64,000 nucleotides of DNA, taken from positions 13,764,001-13,828,000 of the forward strand of contig CM120645.1 in assembly GCA_051362555.1 (NCBI GenBank), read 5' to 3'. The DNA is from Lingula anatina. Its lineage: Eukaryota; Animalia; Brachiopoda. Each line of letters opens with the position of its first letter. The first letter of the stretch is position 1. Both the position numbers and the translations under genes were made by a program. The notes below the pieces were generated by a model that was not told the DNA's origin, searched no databases, and saw only the letters and a list, made by a program, of their open reading frames with translations. Below are positions 38,675 to 52,322 of this stretch, one piece after another.

Positions 38675-39141
38675 AATTTCAGTCAGGAAGTCTCCTCTGT
38701 GTTTTCACACTTAGACTTAATTACTTTCAAGCGGCACTTGTGAGACAGGATTAGGGTGTGCAACTTAATTGGACAGTGCCACCTTGCCTCTGCAAGAGCA
38801 GGTAATCAGAGGCATATGAGTTCAGTTACCCAGGAGAAAGTTAATGCTCTCCCTCACTTGTCTAATAAAATTCACAGCATTCAGTAGTGCATTATTCAGG
38901 AAAGAAATTTTTAAGGTGAATTTTGGAAAAGTTATTCAAGACCAAGAAAAACTGAGACAAGCGCCAGTGCACCATACTTTCTACAGGGGTGAGTATCTAT
39001 ATATTTTACTAGTACTATCTTGAGCATAAAACTCAAATTTGGTGCAGTATTTATTGTACCTAGGTATACGGCATCTTGGCTAAGTTCACATATAGTTCTA
39101 CCTAGGCTTAGCTTGTCTTTTGCTACAGTCATTTAATCAGA

Positions 39142-39735
39142 ATGGTGAACAAAGTTTTAGCACTGGGCCACTCATATATTCGTAGGCTAGGGCAAATAGT
39201 AGATAACCCACATGAGGAGTATTTTAACCTTGGTTTTGATGGTACCAGCCCACAGGTAGTCTGTCATGGTATAGGGGGAGGTACAGTTAGTTGGGGCCCT
39301 AAGTGTCTGATAAATGAAATGCATGTGGTAGCAAGCTGTCATCCAGATGTAGTCTACCTTCAAGTAGGAGGCAATGATCTGTCAAAAGGAAATTCAGATC
39401 CCTTAAAAACAGCGCAGGATATAGTTCATTTTGCACAAAATTTACTTAGTTTCCCAAGTGTAAGGTTAGTCATTATTGGTCAACTGCTGCCTCGTTTTAC
39501 AGATGAAGACTCTTACAATCAGAAAGTAATACAAACAAACCTTACCCTCAAATCAGTTACACTAGGGCAGCCCAACTTGTATTTTTGGCATCACAGAGGT
39601 TTTTGGAAAGAGTCGCAAAGCCTCTATAGTAGGGATAAAGTTCATTTGAACTATTCAGGAATGCAAAAATATGCAAAAAGTGTACGTTGTGCAATAGGAA
39701 GGGAATTACTAGTTGCAATAGCCAGTAGGACTTAA
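39142..39735 (+). CDS. SGNH/GDSL hydrolase-like ORF of the Ngaro-like element
   Basis: 197 aa intact. Blocks LGHSY (I), GIGG (II), VGGNDL (III), DKVHLN (V). Confidence 0.85.
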   Translation: MVNKVLALGHSYIRRLGQIVDNPHEEYFNLGFDGTSPQVVCHGIGGGTVSWGPKCLINEMHVVASCHPDVVYLQVGGNDLSKGNSDPLKTAQDIVHFAQNLLSFPSVRLVIIGQLLPRFTDEDSYNQKVIQTNLTLKSVTLGQPNLYFWHHRGFWKESQSLYSRDKVHLNYSGMQKYAKSVRCAIGRELLVAIASRT

Positions 39736-40559
39736 GTGGAGTGGGAGCTTCTTGGGTTATATTATTGCATCACTCATCAAAATAGGATTTAAAAGGAATA
39801 AATATTAAATAAATGGAAATAGGATATATGATAGCCACATCATCTTTCACAGCTTAACTGACTATCTTCAGTACATGAAACCAAACCTAAGTCACAAATA
39901 TTGCCGTGTTTAGTACTGGTACAATTAGAAAGGGGTCAAATCAATGCTAGGCTTTGGAAATCTACAGGTATAGACTCTCAAGTATGTGGGTATGAAGTTT
40001 TATCGAAGTGAACATTAACTGAGCCAGTGACATAAGTGCCTTTTGATTTGTTTATGTGTTAATTAACCCTTAAGTATTACTTTATTAGAAGCAATCTTCT
40101 CAAATATTTGGTTTGTCAACACACAGATAGAACTATTTTGGATTGTCCCCAACCAAGAAATTGCTCAGTTCAATTTTGAAGATAGTTTGTAGGTCTATTA
40201 CTGTTTAAATAATTCCTTAATGCCTTTAAAATCAACAATCTAACTAAAGATCTCTCACATTTGCCCATTGAGGCTTAGGTAGGCAAAATTTATCCAGTGA
40301 AGAGGTTGTTACGCAGAATAGTCTCCAGTATACAAAGTTTTCAATAGTGTTGGTGGTACCAAACTCAAGATATGAAGAGCATTTAATTTATTAGCTGCAT
40401 GAACTGTCAGTATAATGTTGCTTTATGGTGAAATGGTCTCGAATTTGGTGGAGCTAGCTCTGTAGTAGTGCTGTCTATGCTAATAAGAGATCCTTTGGTA
40501 TGCCGGGTAAAAGGGCGAGTTCTGAAGTGTTGGCTATGTTCACATATGGAGACCGTCTC

Positions 40560-40770
40560 CAGTATTTTCTTGATGTTACGGGCAAGTTTTTCAGTAGTGT
40601 TGGCTTTGCTAACATGTGGAGATTGTCTTTATTAATTTCTTGATGTTATGGTCAAGTTCTTCAGTAGTGTTGGCTTTGCTAACATGTGGAGATTGTCTTT
40701 ATTTATTTCTTGATGTTATGAGCAAGTTCTTCAGTAGTGTTGGCTTCGCTAACATGTGGAGATTGTCTTC
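40560..40770. repeat. ~71-bp tandem repeat, about 3 copies
   Basis: ttcagtagtgttggctttgctaacatgtggagattgtctt starts at ~40590, 40660 and 40730. Confidence 0.85.
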
Positions 40771-40977
40771 ATTATTAAAAATCAGCATAATCAGTAGGAC
40801 AGATGAGATGAGGTTAAATATATGTGCTATAATTCAGCAGCAGATAATAATAATTTCGTAACACCATCAGTGAAAGTGATGTCAATCGAGTTTATGTATT
40901 TATAATGCATATACACTACACATGTCAACTCCATGGATAATCCTGCTCGGCGCTTACTTTTACTTATTCCAGTAACC

Positions 40978-41880
40978 ATGCCACCAACTAGAAGTCGAGT
41001 TAGTGCCAGAGCAACAACAGTTGCCCCCCTTGCTAGACAATCGCGTTCGTCCAGATCGAACAACAGTCAAGAGTGTACAATGCAAAATCTCGAAGCAGCC
41101 ATCAATTATGACAAATTAGCGGGAAAAGTAACACAAAGACTGATGGCTGCACAACAAAACACCACCAGCAGTTCAATGGAGACATCCACTAACTCCCCAA
41201 CAAGTAGTTCTTCCAAGAATGAACATCTAAGTACAGGTATGACTGTTATGACAGATTCCAAGCTTAATACAACTATGCCCCTAGGTTTCCATGTCGATTA
41301 GAAAACTAGGCAAAAAATCTTTAACAATGAATTCGTGGAATTTACTAATCGTCTATTCCCAGATCACAGCACAACATTCAAAATTTCAACAGATAAAGAA
41401 GAAAACATTGTCTTTCAGCCTAAAGCAAAATTCCTCAAAGGTATTTACCAGTGGAACTAGAGCTTTGATATTTTTTTGGCAATTTATTCATCAAAATGTC
41501 CTAATAAAACCCCCAATTTGGCTAAATATGCTAGCACCATCAGACAAATTGACTCAACATATGGTTTCGCAGCTGCAAACTATTATGATGAAAATTTTAG
41601 AAAATTTTCAGATCCCTAGCCCCCCCTAGACTAGTTCATTGCACAATCTGAATTATGGAGACAGGTTACAATCAAATTCAACAAAGTAGGTCCCACAAAT
41701 TACACCCGCCCTCTTAGGAAACAGCCCCAGCCCTTTCGTTCCAAAAACATATCAAGGACCCCCTTTGGATATTGCAGAAAGTATAACTCTGAAGGAACAT
41801 GCCATTACAATAACTGCATCTACAGACATGCATGCTTTCAATGTCAACAACAACATCCTTTCAAGTTCTGTAGAAGAAAA
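40978..41880 (+). pseudogene. gag-like ORF of the YR retrotransposon, disrupted
   Basis: MPPTRSR...PLGFHVD*; C-terminal CRKYNSEGTCHYNNCIYRHACFQCQQQHPFKFC zinc-finger cluster at ~41770-41872; in-frame stops. Confidence 0.75.
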
Positions 41881-41919
41881 GATAATTTCAATCCAAAACA
41901 AAACACCCCAAGCTCAACC

Positions 41920-43290
41920 ATTACCAACCCCAATAAAGGCAAATCAGCTTGAATAGTTTTTACGTGGTTACGATGACGTAAAGAAAAAGTACCTAATTGA
42001 GGGATTTAAAAAAGAATTTGAACTGGGGATTCAAGGAATTGTCACTCCAAGTTTAGCAAAGAACCATAAATCTTTATTGAAAAACATGTATGCAGCTCAA
42101 GAAAAAATAGAAAAAGAAATTCAATCAGGACGCATCATGGGTCCTTTCTGTGAACCATTAGAGAATTCAGTCATTTCCCCATTAGGTCTAATACCAAAAA
42201 AAAAAGAGGTAAATAAGTTTCGCCTGATACATAACTTGCCCTACCCAGAAGAAAAATCAATTAACTCCTCCATCCCTGAGGAATTCTCACGTGTCTAATA
42301 TGAGAACATTGAAAATATGATTTCTTTGGTCATTAAATTTGGCAGACACGCATTGATGTCCAAGGCAGATATAGCTGACGCATTCAGGCTAATTCTTATA
42401 CACCCATCCAATTACAGATTCTTGGGCTTTTCTTGGGAAGAAAAATATTACTATGATAAATGTCTTCCAATGGGGTGCTCCTCCTCATGTAAAATATTTG
42501 AATCTTTTAGCTCAGCTCTGCAGTGGAAAATGATAAACAAATTCAACACATCTACCTGTACTAGATAAATTCTTTTTTATCGGACCTAATAATGATTACC
42601 AATGTAAAACTACATTAAAAAATTTTGTGGTCAGTCACTCCCACTACAATGTTCACCATTTATGAGATTGAAATAAATTCTGACACAATGACAGCTCAAC
42701 TTCCCCAAGACAAGTCCTGAAAGCAGTACAGCTCCTTACATCCATGCATAAAAAGAAAAAAGTTACACCGAGGGACATGCAATCACTAATTGGTTTTCTA
42801 AATTTTGCATGTACAGTAATAATACCAGGACGCCGCCTCATCGACCTAACACGCGGGGTTAAACATCCACACCACTATATCAGGTTAACCAAAGAAGCTA
42901 GGGCAGACGTGTCTGCATGGCTAAATTTCTTATACCACCATAATGGCAAATCCTGTTTCTTATTTGAAAAATGGCTCTCATCTGAAAGTATCAAGTTTTT
43001 CTCAGACGCAGCAGGGGTAAATGGAGGCTTCGCAGCTTAAGCAACTTAGGCAATCAATGGTTTATGGAAATGGCCAGGGGATCTCAAAGAAATGCATATT
43101 ACATGGAAAGAACTATTCCCAATAGTTTTAGGCATAGAAATTAAAAAATTAGCAAATTATAAAATACTATTCATTTGTGACAATGCATCAGTAGTAGATA
43201 TCATAAATAAAACGTCAAGTAAGGATAAACATATCATGATATTGGTAAGGAGACTTGTTACTGCAACATTAAACTATAACATTATTATTG
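41920..43290 (+). pseudogene. Reverse transcriptase / RNase H remnants of the YR retrotransposon
   Basis: ISPLGLIPKK..KFRLIHNL, MSKADIADAFRLI, CLPMGCSSSCKIFESFS, LIGFLNFAC, FSDAAG, ITWKELFPI, CDNASVV; several stops and frameshifts. Confidence 0.9.
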
Positions 43291-46109
43291 ATAGTTATTC
43301 ATTATTGAACTAATAAGATACGTAAAAGTGTTTGTTTGACATTTCCTGCATCTTTACAACATTGTTAGTTGATTATGTAAAAATGATGGTAAACTTGTTA
43401 TCGTATATTGTGTAATAAAAATGGAAATAAACTCATATCATTGCAGTTTGTCAGATTCAATCATTCATTATGTTCAGAATCTCAGAATGGAAGAAATTGG
43501 ACATTTAACACTATTCTATTGATATTTTCCCCATCTCATCAATTTTCTTAGTTGATCATATAAAAATTTCAGTAAACTGTTTATTTTGTTTAATGTTAAA
43601 AAAAGTGTTAAAAATGGAAATAAACCCAAGTCAGAACAGTGCTGTCTTGTTTCACATTTCCTCAGATTCAATTCTTAGGCATGTTAACAGTCTCATTATT
43701 TAACTAATAAAACATGTAAAAGTGTTTGGTTGACATTTCCTGCATCCTTACAACATTGTTAGTTGATTATATAAAAAATATGATAAACTTGTTATCGTGT
43801 ATTGTGTAATAAAGTTTCAAAAATGGAAATAAACTCATATCATTGCAGTTTGTCAGATTCAATTATTCACTATGTTCAGAATCTCAGAATGGAGGAAATT
43901 GGTCATTTAACACTGTTGTATTGATATTTTTCCCATCTCATCAATTTTCTTAGTTGATCGTATAAAAATGGCAGTAACCTGTTAATTTTGGTTTATGTTA
44001 AAAAAATTGTTAAAAATGAAAAAAAAAAAAAAAACAATACAGAACAGTGCTGTCTTGTTTACATTTTGGCATTTTCAAGTTGTGACTTTGAAGTTCCTTG
44101 GGCCTGAAGACCTTTGCTAGTCACATTTCCTGAATATCCATGATACTAATATTTTATTATTAAAAATTGATGGTCATTTTGCTGTTAAACATTATGTAAT
44201 ATTACATCAAAATTTGAAAAAAAAACTATTTTGGGCACTAGTCCCATGATGACCATTTAAAAAAAACCATGTCACTTACTGTTTTCAAACAGTACAGTAA
44301 ATATGAACAGATGTGTCTGTACATATTGCCATCATCTGCATCTGTTGTCGCCGTTGTCGCCGTCACTGTCCCTGTCGCCGGCGCCGTGCACTTTCATTGT
44401 AAACATGATAAGTGGAAGGCAGTTTTACTTTTTGGCTGTATATTTACAGAGCTGATGAATATTCATAAAATGCAGGTCAAGTTCGAAAATCAGCATGATC
44501 GGGCCATTATTGTAGAAGTTATGCTGTTTTTTCGCTTTTCAGTATATATGCAACACTGTAAACACATTTCAAGGAAAACCGATAGGCCTGTTGTCATAAA
44601 ACTCACAGGAGTAATTGATCTTACTAAAACGCAGGTCAAGTTCGAAAATCGGCATGATCGGGCCACTATTTTAGTAGTTATTCTTTTTTTTTCACTTTTC
44701 AGCATATATGCAACACTGTAAACACAATATAAGAAAAACAGATAGGCCAATTGTAATTAAACTCACAGGAGTGGTCATTCCTGCTAAAACGTAGGCTGAG
44801 TTAAAAAATCAGCATAATCAGGCCATTATTTTAAAGAAATGCCGTTTTTTCACATTTCCTCAGATTCAATTCTTAGGCATGTTAACAGTTTCATTATTTA
44901 ATTAATAAGATACGTTAAAGTCTTTGTTTGGCATTTCCTACATATTTACAATAATATTAGTTGATTAGGTAAAAATGATGGTAAACTTGTTATGGTGTAT
45001 TGTGTAATTAATTTTCAAAAATGGAAATAAACTTATATCATTGCAGTTTTTCAGATTCAACCATTCACTATGTTCAGAATCTCAGAATGCAAGATATTTG
45101 ACATTTAACACTGCTCTATTGATATTTTTCCCATCTCATCAATTTTCTTAGGTGATCATATAAAAATGGCAGTAAACTGTTAATTTTGTTTTATGTTAAA
45201 AATTGTTAAAAATGGAAAAAAAAAAACATTTCAGAACAGTGCTGTCTTGTTTACATTTTGGCATTTTCAAGTTGTGACTTTGAAGTTCCATGGGCCTGAA
45301 GACCTTTGCTAGTCACATTTTCTGAATATCCATAATACTAATATTTTATTATTAAAATTGATGGTTAGTATGCTGTTAAACATTATGTAATATTGCATCA
45401 AAATTTGAAAAAAAACTATTTTGGGCACTGCTCCCATGATGACCATTTAAGAAAAACCATGTCACTTACTGTTCTCAAACTTACAGGAAAGAAACATGGG
45501 ACTAAAATACAGCTTCAGTAGGCAATGCAGTCTGTTTGGTAATTCTTTCTGCCAGTTTTTTGCGAAAATTTAATTTTTTCACATATTGGCATTTTCAGGG
45601 TGTGACTTTGAAGTTCCACGGGCTTAAAGACCCATGCTAGTCACATTTTCTGAAAATCCGTGATACATATATTTTATTATTAAAAATTGACAGTCATTGT
45701 GCTGCTAACCATTATGTAATATTGCATCAGAATAGAAGAAAACACAATTTTGGGTGCTGCTGCCATGATGACCATTATGGAAAAAGCATGTTACTTATGA
45801 TTGTCAAACTTTCAAAAAAAGAAATACAGGACTAAAATGCAGCCTGAGTTGGAAAAGCGGTCTAATTGGCTTCTTTTTCTGGAAGTTATACATTTTCAAA
45901 GTGTGAACTTGAACTCCCATGGGCCTGAAGCCTTATGCTTGTTACATATTTTACTCACTTTGGTATTACCTGTTGAGCATAATTAAAATTTGATGTTGAA
46001 TTTGCAGTTTAACATAATGTACTTTTGCATCAGAATTGACAGAAGCCTATTTTGTGCATAGTTATTTCTTGTTTTTTGTCTGTACATTTGACAGCTTTGC
46101 TGCCTTGTT
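43290..46109. mobile_element. Helentron/HINE-like composite repeat array inserted between RNase H and YR
   Basis: ~380-bp units recur at ~43310, 43700 and 44900, with ~270-bp units after 44060 and 45260. Internal ttgccatcatctgcatctgttgtcgccgttgtcgccgtc microsatellite and repeated ggtcaagttcgaaaatc motifs. Ends in CTTGTT. Confidence 0.6.
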
Positions 46110-46509
46110 AATTATACAAATGCCAATCTCTCTAGCATGACGGTGAAAATTGTACATTTTAAACAGAGCAACAACAAACCAGTTCATGTCGAAATTCCAA
46201 TTTACACCTATCGTGACTTATGTCCTGTACACATCTTAAAAGCATATTTGGATACCTTTAAACATGTATCAGGGCCCTTGTTTCAATTTGGAGACTCCCC
46301 AATACCACGTTCCTTTTTCACATCAAAATTGCAGGCAATCCTTTCTTTTAATGGACTTGACTCCAAAGTTTATAAGAGTCAAACTTTTTAGAATGGGTGC
46401 AGCAACATCAGCAGCTGCAAAGTGTACACCAGAATTAGTTATTTAAATAATGGGCAGGTGGAAATCAAATGCAATAGAAATCTATATCCGTATCTCAGCA
46501 TTTTCATAA
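46110..46509 (+). pseudogene. Tyrosine recombinase C-terminal remnant
   Basis: HFKQSN...LCPVHILKAYL...GPLFQ...YKSQTF, then RMGAATSAA...MGRWKSNAIEIYIR (HSFRxGAAT and GRWxS...Y motifs), with a frameshift and a stop. Confidence 0.88.
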
Positions 46510-47438
46510 ACTATGTCGAATAACAACAAGTTCCCTATTACCAGACATGAGGTCAGCAAAGACTGCTCCTTAAATTACTGATTCCCAATAACAGGAGGCC
46601 AGCAGAGACTGCTCCTTGGGTTAATCACAATTATTTAAGTCAAAGACCTGGCTCCATTTTGGTTAAGTTCTATGATTCTTATTTGGACACCCGGATTCGC
46701 TGTATAGGAGGAAACTGGATTGAAAACATTGTTCTATCGATACTGGATTGAATACAGTGCGCTATTCTTTGCTGGCAAATGGGTTTCCCTGTTTAGGATG
46801 ACACTTGATTGAAAACATTGGACCCCAAGGTCAGCAAGGTCTGCTTGGGTAATATGTTAATTTCTGGATATACACCTGGACTGTATTATAATAGTAGATA
46901 AATGTACTTTAATTAGCATAAGTTTAATTTCATCAAGAGGTAGATAGGCCTGTTTAGTAGATCATACAACTGTTTTTACATATTATTGTTCCTGTTATGA
47001 TTCAAAAGTGAACTCGTAAAACACCTGTAACACCACCAAGGTCAGCAAAGACTGCTTTGGTGACAACCTGTCAGTCTAGTTAAAATATTACCATGTATTT
47101 AAAGCACAGCCAAGGTCAGCAATGCCTGCTTGGTAACTACTTGTCAGATTGGTTACAAAATTACCATGTATTGTATATATCATTGCAGTAAAGCACAGCC
47201 AAGGTCAGCAATGCCTGCTTGCTAACAACTTATCAGATAGATTACAAAATGTCCATGTATTGTATATATCATTGTATTAAAGCACAGCCAAGGTCAGTAA
47301 GGCTGCTTGGTGATTTATACCCTTACATTAGTATGTAAACTATAGTATAGTTTAAATTTTAACTTAGATTCATTTAAACCACGTGCTATAACATAGATAG
47401 TATTTGTGGTAGTTGTGACTAAGAAACTTAATTATTAA

Positions 47439-47776
47439 AGGGATAATAACTCTTCGTATGAGATGTATATTTAGCGATAAAAACATTGTGACTAACTCAT
47501 AGAAATATAATATATTCTGTTTTACCACAAAAATGGCATTTATAGCTATTATTCTGATATCTGAGCTTGTCTTTAGACCACGTGACCTCCACTGATAACT
47601 ATACTCTGTTAAAATCTCTTAAGAGATTTTAACAAAAAACTGAACTTTTTAGAAAAAAACCAGGGACTAACTTTGAATGTAAAAATGGATTTATTAACCA
47701 TTGGTGAGTATGGGAAAATTGTTGTTTACTCCAGGAAAATTCATTTTTTTGGTCGAAACGAAGAGTTATTATCCCT
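47439..47776. mobile_element. Kolobok-like MITE
   Basis: Perfect TIRs AGGGATAATAACTCTTCG / CGAAGAGTTATTATCCCT, TTAA on both sides. Confidence 0.85.
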
Positions 47777-50700
47777 TTAAGTTAACATAAAAATTGTGAT
47801 GGTATTGTACCTTAACAGTTACAAAATCAAGAACGGTAACATCAATCAACTTATGGGAAATGATAGCACTAGCAATTTCTTGCAATTGTAACTGGAACCA
47901 AATGTATGAGCATTACATAAGAATTGGAATGAATTCAAAGGAGTCTCTTTGGATGGGGGGATACAGACAGTGAACGGTCTGTATCTCTGACCCTTTTTTC
48001 CCCTCCATCTGAAACTTAAAATTTTATCTGAAAATTGTAAATCATTTACCATACATGAGTATCATTCATATGATAATATTTAACTATATGTATTTTGAAT
48101 TCGTACTTTGTGTATTAATCAAAGTACAAATGTCAATGAAATGACATTTTCAACTAACAACTTATTCTGTTCAGTGTAAGACAACTTTCCCAGGGAGCTT
48201 GGCTCTTTTAAAACAGCTCCAGATGTTTCTTCCTTAATTTCAGTCAGGATGTCTCCTCTGTGTTTTCACACTTAGACTTAATTACTTTCAAGCGGCACTT
48301 GTGAGACAGGATTAGGGTGTGCAACCTAATTGGACAGTGCCACCTTGCATCTGCAAGAGCAGCCAATCAGAGGCACATGAGTTCAGTTACCCAGGAGAAA
48401 GTTAATACTCTCCCTCACTTGTCTAATAAAATTCACAGCATTCAGTAGTGCATTATTCAGGAAAGAAAATTTTAAGGTGAATTTTGGAAAAGTTATTCAA
48501 ACCCAACCCTGCCCCCCCCCCCCCCCCCCCCCAAAAGAAACATATTTGAGCATTGGTTTAATGTAACATGGTTGTATTAATGATTGTTAGCTGTAACTCA
48601 TTTGGCACATTTAGTACTCAGATTATCTGGTTATCATTTGTTTATAAATATTTATCATACATGTAAGATATATTACTTTAAAACAATAGTTAGGTAAATG
48701 TACTATGCAGGGCACAGGTGGCAGTACTAAGGCCAAGAGAGACAACTCTATGATTGGACAGTCAGAGCAATGAGGAAACCTACGTCCCCGTCCTAAAAAG
48801 GTAGGGGTTGCGTAGCTCGCTCTCAGCCTAGGCCGACTTTAGAACGTGATTTTTTTTTAATTTATCACTGCCATATGTGGCCCTTTTTTCCCTCCATCTT
48901 TGCTGAAACTTAAAATTTTATCTGAAAATTGTAGATCATTTACCATACATGAGTATCATTCATATGATATTATTTAACTATATGTATTTTGAATTCGTAC
49001 TTTGTGAATTAATCAAATTACAAATGTCAATAAAATGACATTTTCAACTAACAACTTATTCTGTTGTACATGTAATGGAAGAAATCACGAAATGGCTGAC
49101 AGCAAACTAGCCTCAGAGACTCCTCTCAATTCATGCACACATAAATAATGTTTGTGCAAATCTTCGTAACGTGTATTTCAATTCAACGTGGTGTCTTCTG
49201 GTGATCATGGGACCGGGTCCGTGTCATCGATATATCTATGCAAGTAAACAGATAATTTACATTGCAGTCCAACGTGAGCAAACGTCAGATAATAAGAACA
49301 AAACGTAATATGCGCCGTTTTAATATATAAATCTACGGGTGGAGGACAGATATATGTATTAAAATAGTGGTTTTAATTTTCGTTTATTGTGAAATTGTGG
49401 AACAAGTTCATCTACTTAAGAGCCTTGCCGGGTGTTTTCCGAAATATTTTTAAAAGCGCGCAATGAAGCAGTAGTATGAATCATCATATTAAATTCCAGC
49501 TGACTTAGTTTTGTTAATCATTACATACACTTCTTCATATACGAATAAAGGGACCTGTAACCATCCAAGGGTTGATTTTTTTATCACATATAGATATAAG
49601 CCAGCAGGTATACATGTATAATGAATCATTCAGGAGTCGGGCAAATTGCTTTAATTCCAAACGTGCTGGAAATGTAAAATCTTTCACAAGAAAATAAAAC
49701 AACTTGATTTGTTTTTGTTTTATTAATATATAATTTTATTTTCAGAACTGATATTATTTATTTTCATAGACTTGCAAAACAGGGGAATTAAAACACGGTG
49801 TGACGGGTATGCAATTTGACTGAAAGCACCACAGATCCGTATGGGACTGGGAGGGGGTAGAGTCTATGTGTTCGAGCAAAGTGCCCTTTTAGCCAGAAAA
49901 GGCTCACACAAAATCGAAATTTGATCTTGGTTTCATGTATTTTGTGTAAGGACGTAAAATGCTCACTTCTCGTCAGAAAAACTCTTTTAAAGGACAATGG
50001 TCATATAAAAATCCATTTTTCAAATTTTGAAGATTCAACACTCAATCTATACACTAGAGGAATGTTTTAATCGATCCCCGCCATTTAAAAATTATAAAAA
50101 CAATCTATTAGTAGTAAAAAAGCGTTTTAGTAAACCTCACCTCAATATGCATAAATGAAGCAACAGATCTGGGTCACGCGGTACTGTGACGACAATTGGG
50201 ATAAAGGTCTATGAGACTCAACTGAGCTGCATGGTGCAAACAGACAGAATTATTTTGGAAAGTTGTGTTGAACGGAGTTGAGCAATTTTCTTTATGCCTC
50301 AGTGTGTTGCCGTGGGATTCACAAAAATTGCAGCACTCCTTGACTATCTTTCTTTATCTGTGACGGTCTTCCGTGACTAACTTACTAACTTCGGTGACAA
50401 TAGTTGCGATCCTCGCGATCTCGGTAACCTCAGGTGATTTAGATCATATCAAAAGCTGATAGTCTTTAAGATACTGTCATCAGTTGGCAAGCTTACTGAT
50501 TGTAAGTTTGATGCATTTTTAAATTCATTGTAGTTGACCAAGAGCTCGTTAACAATAAAACCTGTTAATTATGCACCGCTGCAATTCCCAAGCCAGGTAA
50601 TAACAGGTATGAAACTCGTCTTGGTGGACTTTCATATTTTTCAATATATCTCATTTATTTCATGGGGTTATTTTATTGGTATTTGTAAATGACGTTAAAT

Positions 50701-50984
50701 ATCAATACTTAAACAATTAAGTTCAAACACGGTCGCGAACATTTATAAAAGAAATTGCTCTCAGGGTATCTTGAAGCTTCCGTGGAAGAAAACGTGTTGA
50801 GGAAAAACAGGAAAAAGAGCGTTATATTAAAGAAAAAATGGGAACTGCTATAATAAAATGGTTCGTTATCCTAATTCGTTTATGCTTTGAGGATTTGTTT
50901 CTGAAGATTATTTCATCTGAAATATTAAATCATTTAAAAGATTGATTATGTTATAACTTGAAACGCAAATTCTGCGTCAGTACG

Positions 50985-51029
<45 letters not shown>

Positions 51030-51736
51030 AAATTTGTAAGCTTATAACACCGTGCTATAAAGATCTACTCAAGAAAAAAATTTGCTTGGGTAAAATTGAG
51101 TACGGAATGAACTGGAGATACTTGGCTTGTCATTAAGTTTACACGAAAATATGTCAGGTAACTTTATACTGTCTTTGAAAGAGTAAAGATTGAAAGATAA
51201 TTTTAGACAAACTTTGACGGGGGAAATACCTACAAAGAGTAATGGGCTATTTCGCCAACATCTTGTTGAAAATTTTACACTGCAATTCTATTCAAATAAG
51301 CTAAGGAACTACCGGTAATTGCCAAATTTATACTCTCATCACATAACAGGGGGGTAACCAGACCTGCAAAAATTGTACGCACATATTTAAAAAAATTACA
51401 AGCACATACAGCAAAATGTAGACTTACGCAAAACATGAAGGACAGCGTAATCACAGCAAATGTACCTCATATAGTAGCTTAATTTCCATTAATAATAAAA
51501 TCATCATTTAAGTCAAAAATATTCTCGCGATTTAATAACTATTTTAATTTACCCAGAACGGTATATTTATTTTAAAGGCGGTTAACTGAAATATAGTTTT
51601 ATGATTTGTTTGTGAAAATTGCCCATGTCACCCAGTTAGTTTGGAGGTCTAAGCTGGATCAAGTCCGTGTTAAAATTCCTATGAAGTTGTGCAGGAAAAA
51701 TTCTTCCTTTCTTTCTCTAGCTCCTCGATAAACCTG

Positions 51737-52255
51737 GCCCCGTATGCACAAAACATCTTAAGTGTATTTTTTTAAGAATTTACCTAAGAATTTCCTTAAG
51801 TGATCATCCTTAACATAAGTGGTATGCATAAAGCATCTTAAGATGAGAATTTCCCCAAATATCTCCTTAACTTTAAGGTACCTCATTGGGTCTCTTAAGT
51901 GGAAATTTTGTCCTTAGATTCAGTGACTGTACAATAGCTACAACACAGTGGCGTTCATTTGTGCTAGTCAAAGCTGTGCAGCAACATTATTTCTCTATGG
52001 CTCTGATTCCCAGCGGGCAAAATATGTTGTTTTAACATTGAAACAACGTTGAACCATGTTGATAAGACGTTGGATAAACATTGGATTTGAAAGTTGACTC
52101 AACCTCAGATAACAACGTTGTATCAACGTCAGATAACAACATTATATCAACCCCAGTTGTTAGACAACATTCTTGCATGAAAAGACATTGAAATGACCTG
52201 AGGGTAGGGGGTATAAAAGTATATGGCCTTTAAGTTAAAATTTCCAAGGCTTAGA

Positions 52256-52322
<67 letters not shown>

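Larger units (their letters stand above)
38673..49065 (+). mobile_element. Decayed tyrosine-recombinase retrotransposon with split direct repeats (Ngaro-like)
   Basis: A1 38673-38939 matches A2 48234-48500; B1 ~47992-48171 matches B2 ~48882-49065 (order A1-ORFs-B1-A2-B2). Contains gag, RT, RNase H and YR remnants and an SGNH ORF. Confidence 0.88.

Noticed and set aside
44269-44750. 150-aa and 86-aa ORFs
   Set aside because: Translations of the internal repeats of the HINE-like insertion; no protein motif.
46548-47311. CRISPR-like look of palindromic repeats with spacers
   Set aside because: Irregular spacing, degenerate repeats, no cas genes, and located inside a eukaryotic retrotransposon.
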